Part shown: positions 13,752 to 28,330 of the stretch, one piece after another | How positions within the stretch are numbered: the first letter of the stretch is position 1 | Layout of the letters: each line of letters starts with the position of its first letter | Source: Octopus vulgaris | Taxonomy: Eukaryota | Reading direction: 5' to 3' | Assembly: GCA_951406725.2 (NCBI GenBank) | Contig: OX597822.1 | Coordinates: 9,858,001 to 9,922,000, forward strand | Length of the DNA: 64,000 nucleotides | Notes under the pieces: generated by a model | Seen by the model: only the letters and a program-made list of their open reading frames with translations | Database searches by the model: none | Told to the model about the DNA's origin: nothing | Program-made: the position numbers and the translations under genes

Positions 13752-14335
13752 GCGAGACGTGCATACACACATGATTAAGAAAAACTGTAAGACAACGGTA
13801 ACTTTAACAAAATGTAAAAAATAAATCATTAAAAGATTCGCAATCCCTGCCGTTACTTCTCTTATTTTTTGCTAAAATCCACTTTTCTTTCTAATTTTTG
13901 CTTTAAACTTTTTTGTTTAGTTTTTTTTTTTACCCAATGCTTTTTTTTTTATTTTCGTTTCGATTTTCCTTGATCAAAAATCTAAGACGAAAAATAAAAT
14001 GGATCAATATTAAAAAAGAAGCAAGAATCAAATCAAATCTTCTTTGACCATTTGACTAAAATTACCGAAGACAGCAGAAAGAGCATGAAAATTAATCTTA
14101 CAACTTCGCTATTAGAACGAAGGATAAAGCGAAAAAGGTTTGGTTTGGGTTGCGTTTGGGATAACGTAAAGTAAGAGCAGACTTCTTTTGGTAGAAAACA
14201 TCCTGAAAGCTTTTGCTTAGATTAAAAGGACATGTATACATACATACATACATACATACATACATACATACATACATACATACACACACATACATACATA
14301 CATACACACATACATACATACATACATACATACAT

Positions 14336-14367
<32 letters not shown>

Positions 14368-14438
14368 TCACACACACACACACATATATATACATAGACA
14401 CACACATATTTATGTACATATACTTAAATATATATATA

Positions 14439-14820
14439 CTAGCAGTATCGCCCGGCGTTGCTCGGGTTTGTAAGGGAAATAACTATATACGCATTTTTAG
14501 AGATGTAAAGTATAATAGCCATCTCAATATGGCTAACCACAAGGGGGGGGGGTTACTGTAGCTTTTTACGTTCTGAGATTTAATAATAAATTTTTAGAGA
14601 GTTGCCAAAAATGCATTAAAAATGGGAAAAATTGATGCTAAATTTGTTTTTAAATCGTAGACTCATCGTAGACGCGCGCTAATACCCAGAAGGGCTCGAT
14701 ATGAATCACGACTATAAGATATCCGGTTTCGGTTAAACTGCACCGCAAAGTGTGGGAGTAGTTAGGAATCTAAATCGAAGGAGACAGACAGCACACAACC
14801 AACACTTTTATATATAAAGA
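14439..14820 (-). mobile_element. Non-autonomous Helitron
   Basis: Minus strand starts A|TCTTTATATATAAAAG and ends with GC-rich hairpin ACCCGAGCAACGCCGGGCG then CTAG|T. Confidence 0.8.
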
Positions 14821-15229
14821 TATATTCATACAGAATACAGAGAGAGAGTGGGGGAAAGAGGGAAAGAGAGAAAGAGAGAGATAGAGAAGGACAGAGAGCA
14901 CAAATGTATCAGTTTATAGTTGAGTTTCAAGCAAGAAACCATTCTCTTTGCTGCTTGGACTCAAATCCTGCTCCCTTCTGTTTCCCTACCTCTCGAAAAC
15001 AAAGGGTTCTTGTTCAAAGAACCGATCTTGCAGATTTGAAGCGTTAAAATGAAATAAAATAAAACGAATACAAAACGAGTGTGAGTGGGAAATCCTCTGA
15101 TTCGCAGCCAACAAATATACAACAAATAATTTGGTATTTCTTCCTTTCGTCCTTTTCATGTTTGTCGTTGCTGACATTTTGGTAAGATAACTGTGTACAT
15201 GGCTGAAAATAGAACAGAAAGAAAGGAGA

Positions 15230-15810
15230 GTTGGTGGAAAGGAGAGCAAGAAAAATAGGAATCATAAGGAAATAGAAGAATGAGGAGCGGAGAGTAAACG
15301 GAAAGGAGAGCTGAGAAAAGGAGAGCAGTGGAAATGAGAGCAGAAAAGGAAAACAGAGGAAAGGAAAGCAGAGGAAAGGAAAGCAGAGGAGAGAATGTAG
15401 AGGAAAGGAGAGTAAAGGAAAGGAGAGTAAAGGAAAGGAAAGCAGAAGAAAGGAAAGTAGAAGAAAAGAAAGCAGAGTAAAGGAGAGTAGAGGAAAGGAG
15501 TGCAGAGGAAAAGAAAGCAGGGGAAAGGGATACTGAGTAAAGGAAAGCAGAGTAAAGGAGAGCAGAGGAAAGGAGAGCAGAATAAGGAAAGCTGTGGAAA
15601 GGGAAGCGGAGGAAATGAAAGCAGAGGAAAGGAAAATAGAGGAAAGGAAAGGAAGGCAGAGGAAAGGAAAGCAGAGGAAAGAGAAGTTGAAGAAAGGAAA
15701 GCAAAGAAAAGGAGAGCAGAAAATAGGAAAGCAGAGGAAAGGAAAGCAGCGAAAAGGAAAGTAGAGAAAAGGAGAGCAGAGGAAAGGAAAGTTGATGAAT
15801 GGGAAGTAGG
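15230..15810 (+). repeat. Polypurine ~15-bp minisatellite (GGAAAGGARAGCAGA)n
   Basis: Degenerate tandem units seen directly. Confidence 0.9.
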
Positions 15811-16003
15811 AAAAGAAGAGTTGAAGAGGAGTAGCGAGAGGAGGGATGTGTCGGGAGTAGACGTTATTAAATTCGATACCTTGCGGTGATAGTACTTGGT
15901 GCTGGTGGTAGGAAATATTTGTGATCCCAGTGGGTTACTGACTGTAATGTGGAGATAAAGGCCTGGTTATTACTGTTGTTGCAGTTTTTTTAATTTCAGG
16001 TTA

Positions 16004-16233
16004 CCTATTTCTTTATTACCCACAAGGGGCTAAACACAGAGGGGGACAAACAAGGAGCGACATAGGTATTAAGTCGATTACATCGACCCCAGTGCGTAAC
16101 TGGTACTTAATTTATCGACCTCGACCCCGAAAGGATGAAAGGCAAAGTCGACCTCGGCGGAATTTGAACTCACAACGTAACGACAGACGAAATACGGCTA
16201 CGCATTTCGCCCGGCGTGCTAACGTTTCTGCCA
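16004..16233 (-). mobile_element. SINE family B (tRNA-derived, Meta/MESC-like central domain)
   Basis: GAGTTCAAATTCC B-box, then GCCTTTCATCCTTTCGGGGTCGA...AAGTACCAG. Confidence 0.85.
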
Positions 16234-16659
16234 GGTTACCACGGATCGATTCAAGTCACCATCCTTTAATCTCTCGTCCCTTCTTTTTCCGTTATGCGGG
16301 AAACTTAGGACCAGCTTATCCAACGTAACCAATGTGTGACCTGAGGGAAATTAGATTGGAATTTCTAGCATGCCTATCGATTTCATAGATGCTTCTTCAA
16401 CACAACAGGCTCTTGTGGCGTTGTTGGTGGTTGAGGTGGCGGTTTAGTGGTGGCTGATGGTAAGATTAGGTAAGTATGTCATTATCATGCTGATGATTAT
16501 GATAGCTGGCTTTCGTTACGGTATGAATTCACATGTGAACTTTAAAAAATTCTCAAGGTTCAAAGGTTGTTAATTAAACGTCTACTTCTACAGATCCGTA
16601 TTTCTGTGCCAAAATTTGAAACTTTTATCTAATATGCATCATATATTAATATATATTAT

Positions 16660-16972
16660 GACTCAGTGGCTAAAACGTCGGGCTCTCAATTATGAGGTGG
16701 TGAGTTCGATTTCTGGACCAGACTGTGTGTTGTGTTCTTGAGCAAGACACTTTATTTTCACGTTGCTCCAGTCCACTCAGCCGTAGAGATGAGTTGCGAC
16801 GTCGCTGGCGCCAAGTAGTGTCGGCCATTGACTTTCCCTTGGATAACATCGGTGATATGGAGAGGGGAGGCTGGTACGCATGGATGACATCAGGTCTTCC
16901 ATAAATAATCTTGCCAAGAGAACTTTCTAGGTACAATCCCATGGTAATTCATGACCGAAGTGGGTCTTTATT
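16660..16972 (+). mobile_element. Diverged tRNA/CORE-like SINE
   Basis: GAGTTCGATTTC B box and TGTGTTCTTGAGCAAGACACTTTA CORE-like segment; related piece near 37225-37345. Confidence 0.6.
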
Positions 16973-17020
16973 ATAGTATAACATATATGATACACATGTA
17001 TTATTGTGTATTATATCATA

Positions 17021-17418
17021 CTAACAGTATCGCCCGGGGTTGCTCGGGTTTGTAAAGGAAATAACTATATAAGCATTTTTAGAGAGTTATAGCCAAAAAA
17101 TAGCAAAAAAATGCATTAAAAATGGAATAAAAAATGATGGTAAATTTTTTTTTAAATCGTTGACTCATCGTAGACATTTTTAGAGAGTTACTTCCCTTAT
17201 ATAATTGCGAAAAAATGCATTAAAATGGAAAAAAATGATGGTAAATTTTAAAAAAATCGTAGATTCATCGTAGACGCGCGCTAATACCCAGAAGGGCTCG
17301 ATATGAATCACGACTATAAGATACCCGGTTTTGGTTAAACTGCACCGCAAAATGTGGGAGTAGTTAGGAATCTAAATCGTAGGAGACAGACACACAACCT
17401 TTCTTTTATATATAAAGA
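17021..17418 (-). mobile_element. Non-autonomous Helitron, same family as 14439-14820
   Basis: Shared termini and internal sequence (TCATCGTAGACGCGCGCTAATACCCAGAAGGG); internal duplication. Confidence 0.8.
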
Positions 17419-17809
17419 AGATATCATAAAAACATCATATGATATAATAATGAGCCAACGAAGGAGCCGTTAAGATTTGCCGAGGTGTAGCAATGGAAGT
17501 GTCACGGGAAAGCTCATCCAGGTGTGATGAGGGGCTAAAATCTCTCTAACATATCTCTTAATAATGGTAAATGCATTAAAAGCAACTTTGACCCTGGAAA
17601 TGCTGAGAGCATCATTTTACTGTGCCTCTGTCTACTTGCTAAAAACAACAGCTAAATCTTCAAATAACACCCTACCATCAAAGAACGAACTAAAGTAGAA
17701 ATTCGATAGATAATGTAGGCTCAGAGACACGGTGATTGCAAATATGCGCACACACATATACACACACATACATACCTATATACATGCATACATACACACA
17801 CGCACAAAT

Positions 17810-18029
17810 GCAGGTGGGTGCTGAAAAGTTCCTGTGTTTGGGTAAAAGAATATACAAGTGGACCATTTATTTATGATTTTATTCAACGTATTCTCCTCTC
17901 AGATTCACACACTTATTGCAGCGGTTCTTCAGTTTTTCCAAACCATGTAAAAGAACTCGCATGTTTGGGCCTCTAACCAGATCTTTCACGATACCGTTAA
18001 GGCCAGGAGCTTTTATGCATCCCTCGTAT
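17810..18029 (-). mobile_element. Mariner-derived short element (MITE-like)
   Basis: Imperfect TIRs (GGTGCTGAAAAGTTCCTG / CCAGGAGCTTTTATGCATCCCTCGTA) and the transposase C-terminus GLEKLKNRCNKCVNLRGEYVE. Confidence 0.7.
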
Positions 18030-19901
18030 ATCATATACATACATAAGAGGAGAAAATCGCAGCTTGAGTGCAATAGACTTTAGATTTGGTTGTTCATACC
18101 TGACCTGAAGTTAAATAACAACAACGATAACAATTGCAGTAGCAGCAGCAGCAATAACAACAACAGCATCACCACCAACAACCACAATAGAGACTTATAT
18201 AAAAATAATTTCTCCATTATGCAACAAGATAATTTTTGTAAAAATGTGGTTTTTGCACACTTCAACAGACCGCATAACATAACTGGTATTTTATCGGCGT
18301 CAACGAGATAAAAGGTTGAATCGATCCTAATAACGAATATCGGATTTAGAAAGTAGAAGACCTGAGATTAGCATAATTCCCTTTAGTCCGACAACTCCTG
18401 TTTCTACACTTCCATCGCTAATGGATCTGTTTAAACACCGACAATTAAATCGAAAACGATAAAAGTGTAGATGTTGCTATTGTGAATGAATCCCAGCAGA
18501 ACGAAATTTCTCGTCGGTTGGTTGATATCTTCATTAGTTTTACTAATTACTAGTTTAACTAACTATTTAGGATACATATCAAATTAAAGCGGCCATTATC
18601 ACAGGATGCAATAGTCTTAGCGATAAGTCTGTTTCTAAACAGCAATGCCTGACTATCAAATTAGGATATTGACTTTAAGTAAGATTCAGATTGATAGATT
18701 CCTTCATCGATTTCTGTCATGACCTTGATCACGATAAAGTGACTCCCAGCTGAAAGATGATTTATTTATGAATCAGCTAAGATCGATGATACTGTAAACC
18801 ATGGTCTGGTGAGACGCTGTTTTAACTCAAATCTTATCGGGAGGTGTTGTATTATATCAGCTTGACTAACAAGTAAAAATACAAATAGGGTTCGGTGTAT
18901 TTAATTTTAAAAAAGTGCTTAGAATTATTAGATGTGGCTTTTGTTGTTGATGATGGGTCAGAAATGATCAAATAGACCTATGGTCAAAAGGTGTCTAGCT
19001 ATGACCATCTCGTCTTTCATTGATATAATACATCTAAGATTACATTACACAATGTATCTTGTTATTTTTTAAGAGTGCACGATGTGATTTAACCAAGATT
19101 TGGCAGCTATTTCTAGCAGAGGGTTCTACCACATAGAAGCTACCCCGTTAGAGATGTGATGAATGTTTAGACTCTGTAGAAACGGCAGGGTGCCGAACTA
19201 GTTGCTTTGCAATAAATGTCGTTTCATATTCCGCCGAGGTCGACTTTGCCTTTCCTCCTTTCGGGGTCGATAAATTAAGTACCAGTTGCGTACTGGGGTC
19301 GATCCAACCGACTGGCCCCCTCCCCCAAAATTTCGGGCCTTGTTCTTAGAGTAGAAAAGAATAAATGTCATTGATCAGGAAAAGAAAAGCAATGGCCATC
19401 AAGTTTGCAAGCCTTCCCGGCTTGGTAAGACTAACGTGGTTGGTGCTCAATGTGAACAACCGTAGATTATTGGTTGTTTAAAAAGCATAGACGAGACAAT
19501 AATTCCAGTGGGAGGTTGCAGTCCTATAAGGTAGTGCGGGATAAATGTTTAGTATGAAATCTAGGAGGCAATGAGAGGGAGAACAAGAGATATGTAATGT
19601 ACAGCAATAGGTAGTCATTTGAGAAGAGTAAGAATAGCAGTAGCAGCAGCAGCAGCAGCAACAACAACAACAACAACAACATCACCACCAGTTGGTGGAA
19701 AGGAGAGCAAGAAAAATAGGAATCATAAGGAAATAGAAGAATGAGGAGCGGAAAGTAAACGGAAAGGAGAGCAGAGAAAAGGAGAGCAGAGAAAAGGAGA
19801 GCAGTGGAAATGAGAGCAGAAAAGGAAAACAGAGGAAAGGAAATCAGAGGAAAGGAAAGCAGAGGAAGGGAGAGCAGAAAAGGAGAGCAGAGGAAAGGAA
19901 A

Positions 19902-20251
19902 GCGTGGCATCTTGGGCAAGTGTCTTCTGCTATAGCCCCGGGCCGACCAATGCTTTGTGAGTGGATTTGGTAGACGGAAACTAAAAAAAGCCCGTCGTAT
20001 ATATGTATATGTATATATGTATGTGTATGTGTGTTTGTGTGTCTGTGTTTGTCCCCCTAACATTGCTTGACAACCGATGCTGGTGTGTTTACGTCCCCGT
20101 AACTTAGCGGTTCGGCAAAAAGAGACCGATAGAATAAGTACTGGGCTTACAAAGAATAAGTCCCGGGGTCGATTTGCTCGACTAAAGGCGGTGATCCAGC
20201 ATGGCCGCAGTCAAATGACTGAAACAAATAAAAGAGAAAAGAGTAAAAGAG
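19902..20251 (+). mobile_element. SINE family A, 5'-truncated
   Basis: Starts at the CORE-like segment. Confidence 0.9.
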
Positions 20252-21325
20252 AGTGTTTAAAATATAAGCGTTGTTCTTGATTTCAATATTTCATTTGTAA
20301 AAGGTGGCGAGCTGGCAGAATCGTTAGCATACCGAGTGAAATGGTTAACGGCATTATATCTGTCCGTAAGGTCAGAGTTCAAAATCCGCTGAGGTCGACT
20401 TTGTCTTTCATCCTTGCGATATCGATAAAATTCCTTTGTGAGTTCACAATGCCCCGAGGAGATGTCACTGCTCAAGTTAAGAATCACTTAGTCCAGATTG
20501 TATATGTATGTAGTGGGAGCATAGTTCCATATACGCGAGGCGCATTTCATTCAATGTAAGTCTTATTTGAGCGTTTTATAGGTTCAACAGACGATCAGCG
20601 GATGAAATATTTCCTGACCGAACGGAGAAATCCTAATCGCAGTGATGTGGTTTTGGCAATTAGAAACCAGTAAAGTACCGCGAAACATTCAATCGACAAA
20701 TCTTGCCAGTCACTCAATTACAAAAAAGTAACTTTTGTCTTGACAGACCGCATGCATAACCACACACACACACAACGCGCGCGCACATAGAGATGGAGGA
20801 AGCACTCATAGACGTTTGTATGCGGAAAAAAAATACGCAAACACGCTCTGAAATACGCACAAACATACAGTTGAAGAGACACAAAGACATACTCAAACAT
20901 GCAAAAACGCTGCGTATGCCGCATTCTCTATAATGAGGGTCCCTCACACCACCTTTACTCCAGTATTACCCCAACTCTCATCATAACCCTCAACCCTCAA
21001 CCTTCAACCCGCTCCTCCCACAGCTAAAATAAGACTGTCACAATGTGTCTGGTCCCCAATCAAGATGGCTGCTGACTGGTCAAGCGTCTTTAAAACTAGG
21101 GGGGGGGGATATCAAAACCGCTGGAGGTGCGGTGGTAGTAGATTGTGAAGACGGTGAAAGTGGCGGCGGCGCTGGCTGTTCTTTAACCCACGGTCACCCA
21201 TTACCGAAAAGATCTACAACCAAAGATACTCCTGCCGTGACCATCACGTCTTTTTCCTATGCAGAGTGGACCCGGGAGCATTTTATCCAACGTGCACATT
21301 TTTGAAAATAGTATCTAATTTTTCT

Positions 21326-21843
21326 TTCACTTGTTTCAGTCATTTGACTGCGGCCATGCTGGAGTACCGCCTTTAATCGAGACCAGGACCTATTCTTTGT
21401 AAGCCTAGTACTTATTCTATCGGTTTCTTTTACCGAACTGCTAAGTTACGGGGACATAAACACACCGACATAGGTTGTCAAGCGATGGTGGGGAGGGGGA
21501 CAAACATAGACACACAAATACATATATACATACACACATGCTCACACATACATATATGATATATATATATATATATAATACACACACGCACACATATATA
21601 TAAATATATACATATGCAATGGGCTTCTTTTAGTTTCCGTCTACCAAATCCACTCATAAGGCTTTGGTCGGCTCGAGACTATAGTAAGTAGCTTTCTTAC
21701 GAACCACATGGTTCCGGGTTCAGTCCCACTGTGTGGCACCTTGGGTAAGTGCCTTCTACTACAGCCTCAGGCCGACCAACGCCTTGTCAGAAGATTTGGT
21801 AGACGGAAACTGAAAGAAGCTCGTCGTATATATGCATGCATGC

Positions 21844-21893
<50 letters not shown>

Positions 21894-22128
21894 TGTGTGT
21901 GTGTGTGTGTGTGTGTATGCTTGTACGTCTGTGTTTGTCCCCCAACATCGCTTGACAACCGATGCTGGTGTGTTTACGTCCCCGTAATTTAGCGTTTCGG
22001 CATAAGGGACCGATAGAATAAGTACTAGGCTTACAAGTAATAAGTCCTGGGTTCGATTTGCTCGACTAAAGGTGGTGCTCCAGCATGGCCACAGTCAAAT
22101 GACTGAAACAAGTAAAAGAGTAAAAGAG
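21326..22128. mobile_element. Two SINE A copies fused head-to-head near 21684
   Basis: Minus copy 21326-21685 abuts plus copy 21683-22128. Confidence 0.85.
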
Positions 22129-22276
22129 GGGTTACACTTAGCATAGAAAATGTAACCAGCGGTGGACATGAAGGTAATACCTGTGTCATCATAGTCTTCG
22201 GGACCAGTTTGACTCTCAATAACAGCAGCATCACCATCAACAACTACAATAATTACAGCAACGACGATTCTACTCT

Positions 22277-22705
22277 CTCTTTTACTCGTTTCAGTCATTT
22301 GACTGTGACCATCCTGGAGCACCACCTTTTAGTCGAGCAAATCGACCCCAGGACTTATTCTTTGTAAGCCTAGTACTTATTCTATTGGTTACTTTTGCCG
22401 AACCGCTAGATTACGGGGACGTAAACACACCAGCATCGGTTGTCAAGCGATGTTGGGGGGGACAAACACAGACTGACAAATTTATACACACACACATACA
22501 CACACACACAAATACATATATATATATATATGCATATATACGACGGGCTTCTTTCAGTTTCCGTATACCAAATCCACTCACAAGGCTTTGGTCGGCTCGA
22601 GGCTATAGTAGAAGACACTTGCCCAAGGTGCCACGCAATGAGACTGAACCTGGAACCATGTGGTTTGTAAGCAAGCTACTTACCACACAGCCACTCCTAC
22701 GCCTA
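22277..22705 (-). mobile_element. SINE family A
   Basis: Full-length match to the family. Confidence 0.9.
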
Positions 22706-23121
22706 CCTTCACTTTTTTTCAACAACATGGTCCAGAATTCCAAGATTCATCATCATCCACATCAACAACATCATCATCATCAACAAAAGCCACAACAGCA
22801 ATGATGCTCTTCATGCTACTAACATCATCATCATCAGCAGCAGTAGCAACATCAGCATCAACGTTGTCATTATCGTCGTCATCGTAGTTGTTGCCGACGT
22901 CATTCTCCTCCCCTTCCTCCTCTACTCCCCCAACTCCTCCCCACCATCTCCTCCACCTCTTTCTCCTCCCCCTCCCCTCCTCCCTTCCTTTTCATCATTA
23001 TCATCGAAGCGATGGCGGCGACATTATCTTGACCATCGTTATTATCAAGCAAAGCAGATAGAACGAAATGGACAGTCATGATAGACAGACAGACAGACAG
23101 ATAGGAAGTTAGCTAGAAAGG

Positions 23122-23197
<76 letters not shown>

Positions 23198-24337
23198 GTG
23201 AGAGAAGGCAAAGGAGAGCGAAAGAAAGGAAGAAGCGGCAATAACGGTAGGCGACTTCAAGAACAGTAGCATCTGTCTCACTTGAGTCTCTGTTGGACTT
23301 AAACAAACATAAACAAACAAACAATTAAAAAAAAAACACGTATATATTTTACGATTCCCTTGCGACTCATTCATTCCAGCGACCATCACGCCTCACGCCT
23401 TACGCCCGATTGGTTCCGACTGAACAAGATACGACAGGTTAGTAGAGCGAAGACAGTATTGGTGGCCACCAAGAGTGTCATTGTTGGTAAAGGCGATGGA
23501 AGTGGTGAGTAAAACGATGTGAAATGACTGGCTGAAATCTTAGCCATCTTAATTACCAATAAAAGAAATTGCTCTTTTACTATTACTATTGATTGCATCG
23601 TCTCGTTTTCTCAGGCTCTCGTGTGAAAAGTTTAGAGAGCAAGAGTCGGAGACATTTTTTTAACCAATTACCCTAGAATATATTTATTTACGCCGACGTT
23701 ACCCCCTTGTTTTGAAGGGGAGAAAATCATAGATCCTTTGAATTCAAAAGATTTATTGAATCTATTTTATTGAATCTATTTACATGCCCATTACGTTGGA
23801 CAGATGCAGTGTTGCCAGAAGAAAATTTTCTGTCATAACAAGGAACAAATTAGACAAGTTAAATTATTTTTATATAATTTAACTTGTCTAATAATGAGTC
23901 CACATTGCCTCCAAAGTATTATATTTTTACCCTACTTGGGGTAATTTACTCCTGTTCGCCGGTCCCTGGTTTAGAGAGAGTTAGAGTTTTCTGACCGATT
24001 CATTGCTGTTTTTGAAAAAAAGTTGCTTTATCTTTTTATACCATTTAATATCTTTTATCTTTTGCTTGTTTCAGTCATTAGACTGCGGCCATGCTGGTGC
24101 ACCGAATTGAAAAGTTTTTAGTCGAATAGGCGCAGACGTGCTTCCCAACCACATAGTTCTTACCGATCACTTACCGATCACGAGAGAATGTGACGTGTGA
24201 GATAGATCCAGCCCATGTTCATTTTGTGTGTGTGTTGCGAGGATGATCCGGTTCTTGTCTGAAGATTAGAGGCTTCGAATGACCCGTCCGCTTTTTGTAT
24301 CGTCTATTTGAATGTTTTGCGTTCTTGTCCCATTTTG

Positions 24338-24401
<64 letters not shown>

Positions 24402-25651
24402 CTAGCAGAAATACCCGGCGTTGCACGGGTTAAATAGTATAGCGAAATTTTAAAAGGCTGTGCAGATTAGGTAGGTCTCAACCGGTAGTAGATGAGATAC
24501 CAACTTTCTACATTAATGACTCTCCAAATCATGCCAGCGTGGAATATAGACGTTAAGTGAAATGTTAAAACAAAGATTTCAACTCATATATGTATATAAA
24601 TTAAGTAAACGTAATTCAAAAACACGTTTAGGGTAGCTTATTTCGTATCCAAAAAACAGATACAGATTATAAAAAATGAAAGGGCCATTTTGGGTGATTC
24701 ATTTGACAGAGAGCCAATCCGATGACAAATCTGACATTGGATCTTGAAAGTATGCATGAATCCTGGCTCAGTTAAATCTCTTGTGGCACCAAATGATGTC
24801 ATCTGTAGTGCAGCGTTGTATTGTCTAATTTTGTTTTGGAACTGTTTGGAATCTTGTTCAGTTGATGACAACAGTTTCTTCAATGGCTCTGAAGGTTGGG
24901 GGGAGTTTAACCTTTCCACCACCGTAGCGCAGTACAGATGTCTCTCCAGGCCATTTCCTTGCTTTACAATGCATGCACTCAGTTGTCATTGCACCAATGG
25001 AAATTCTTGTGTCATCTCCATAATGAACTGCTGGATCATAATTGAAAGCTGCTTCATAGAAGTTGCTTCTCTCAGCTGTTGCAACTGCTCTTCGTTCTGC
25101 AGTGGAGATCCTATTCATTGTCAGCCCTGCATACCTCTGTTCATCACTTTGAGGTGCTCTGGTTTTTGTATGCTCCCCTTTCAGGAGCTGTCTCTCTTTC
25201 CCTGAGACATTCTTTTGGTTGACTTTGACATTGTAGATAAATTCGACACTTTCCTTCTAGGTATGGTTATACGCGCTTACAAAAATACACGGATACAGAA
25301 GATAGTAAACAATGAAAATAACTGGGTAACGGAAATTATATTTTTTAATATGATGGGCAGAAAGTACATAAGAAAATTTTAGAAAAAATAAAGAATTGTA
25401 CGGGTTGAAGCGAAATTTGTCAGTGAACCTAAAAGCCTGTATTGAAGGAACCAGAAAAAAGCCGTTAACAACAGAAAAACACAGAACCGTTGCAAAAGTA
25501 AATAAGAAATTTTTAGTGAAATTAGCTAAGTGAACGGATTTAAATGAAATTTTTAAAGTTACTTCTGTCAGTAAATTATGAATTTACTTTTATCGGAGGG
25601 AGAGAAAGAGAGAGAAAAAGAGAAAAAGAGGAACAAAGGATTTAAGGAGGG

Positions 25652-25691
<40 letters not shown>

Positions 25692-25835
25692 AAGAAAAGA
25701 GAGACAGGGACAAAGTGAAGTGCAAAGTAAGAAAGGCAAAGTAATGTAGGAGAGGGGGAGAGAGAGTGTTGTAGAAGTCGTACAAAGTTTAGTGAAATGC
25801 GTACTTACATATAAGAGAACAGTGTACGTACGCCG

Positions 25836-25840
<5 letters not shown>
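24402..25840 (-). mobile_element. Deleted Helitron with Rep N-terminal remnants
   Basis: 3' hairpin plus CTAG at 24402; ORFs 24858-25118 (CMHCKARKWPGE...GKVKLP) and 24638-24922 (IRQYNAALQMTSFG...FKIQCQICHRIGSL). 5' boundary uncertain. Confidence 0.8.
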
Positions 25841-25887
<47 letters not shown>

Positions 25888-25980
25888 ATGTTGTGTCTGG
25901 GGAGAGTCATTCTCTTTTAGTGCCTTATTATTTAACACACTCACCGGTAACATTCCCACTTATTTCTTATTTTTATTTTC

Positions 25981-26017
25981 CTAAAACTTTCGTTGCATCT
26001 TGCAACCTTTTCAATAG
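25981..26017 (-). ncRNA. Minimal hammerhead-like motif (U3-A8 variant)
   Basis: CTA-TTGAAAA-G-GTTGCA-AGA-TGCAAC-GAAA-GTTT-TAG; stems I and III are weak. Confidence 0.5.
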
Positions 26018-26903
26018 TCTTGACTCTGTCCCTTATTTACACTGCGTTCCCTTTTGTTTGTTTGTGCGCATGTGTGTGGGTCAGTGTGTGTGTGCGTGTG
26101 TGCCTATACATGCATACATGTACGTATGTATGTGTGTGCGTGTTTGCATGTGTATGTATGTATATATGTGTGTGTATGCATATGCATGTATGTGTGTGTA
26201 TCTGTATGTACGTATCCTGCATATTTATGTGCTTGCCTGTCCGTGTTTGTGTATTTTCTATGTGTGTGTGTGTGAGCATGTGTTTGTATATGTATGCACC
26301 TCTGTCTCCTTGTGTGTGCATATCTGTGTGTGTGTGTTAAGTAACTATGTACCCTGTTTGTATGTATGGATGTACATCTTTATATGTATGGATCCGTGTT
26401 TCCATATGTGTCTCTTCTTGTAACCATATGTACCTATCCGTCTGTATGTTGATCTGTTTATTTACATATCTAAATGCTTACATACAGAAATAAAAAATAA
26501 AAAATATAAAAAATCAAGATATAAAAACGAATCGCCATAAACATTGTAGAAATTCGGCAAAGAAATGAATTTTCGGGATGTAGCCTGGAGGGTTTTTTCG
26601 TATTAATCGTTTGGACTTTGTGAACACATACCAATTGCTTTCATAACATTTTCATCGCTTTGAATTAAATGCGACCATTTTCCGTTGAGTCTGCAGTTTG
26701 AATCACTTTAACCAAATTTTAGCAGGCCGGATTTTTGATCATCACGATACATCGCCAGCGACTCCCTGAAATCCCCGTTGAGAAATATATATATATAAAA
26801 CTCAACTTGTATATCTGTGTGTGTATCTGTGTGTGTGTCTGTGTGTTTAACTTTTAGATCTACCAAGTTTCATTATTAAGGATGGAAAGTAGTGTGTAGC
26901 AAA

Positions 26904-27289
26904 TCTTATATATATAAAGCTGAAGTTGTCTGTGTGTGGCAGGTTTGGTAGCCTTCAACTAACACTATCTCCTTCGAGACCCTGCAGCGCAAGTTGACCA
27001 AAATTGAGAGTATGATAGAAGGCTTGCTCTTCATTCTGTAGAAGATAAAATTCAAATCGGACCATGTTAGCAGCAAAAATTATTTACATAAAAAGGTGCT
27101 TTTTTTCTATGAAAATCCCTATTTTTTACGATTTTTGACTGCTGTGTCACCATTTTTCGGTGTATTTCAACTGGAAAAATGTTCACTTGAAGAGAATAAC
27201 AAGTTGCATAATGCAAAATTTTTACTTTTCAAAAATTCCAATTTTAAAGGGTCGAAACAAACCCAAGCAACACCGGGTGATACTGCTAG
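26904..27289 (+). mobile_element. Non-autonomous Helitron
   Basis: Starts A|TCTTATATATATAAAG and ends ACCCAAGCAACACCGGGTGATACTGCTAG|T. Confidence 0.8.
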
Positions 27290-27517
27290 TATATATATAT
27301 ATAATACAAAATGGGACAAGAACGCAAAACATCCAGAAGACGATGCAAAAACACGGACGGGTCATTCGAAGCCTTTAATCTTCAGTCAAGAACCGGATCA
27401 TCCTCGCAATTTCGGCTGATTAATCTTGAGATTGCTCCAATCTGGCCAGCCCCAAGGAAAACTAAGCTAAGAACATTAGATTCCTTGGAAAAAAGCTTCG
27501 AATGTATACGAAACAAG

Positions 27518-28195
<678 letters not shown>

Positions 28196-28228
28196 ATGTA
28201 TATATATATATGTATATATATATATATA

Positions 28229-28289
28229 GTGGTACCCCAGCATGGCCGCGACCTTCGGGCTAAAACATTTTTAAGGATTTAAGGATTTA
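28229..28289 (+). mobile_element. Extremely 5'-truncated (~60 bp) copy of the LINE at 4063-6700
   Basis: GTGGTACCCCAGCATGGCCGCGACCTTCGGGCTAAAACATTTTTAAGGATTTAAGGATTTA matches the LINE 3' end; lies in (TA)n. Confidence 0.9.
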
Positions 28290-28293
28290 TATG

Positions 28294-28330
<37 letters not shown>

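Noticed and set aside
23849-23892. 19-bp-arm AT-rich hairpin
   Set aside because: Real but isolated, with no associated motif to suggest a function.
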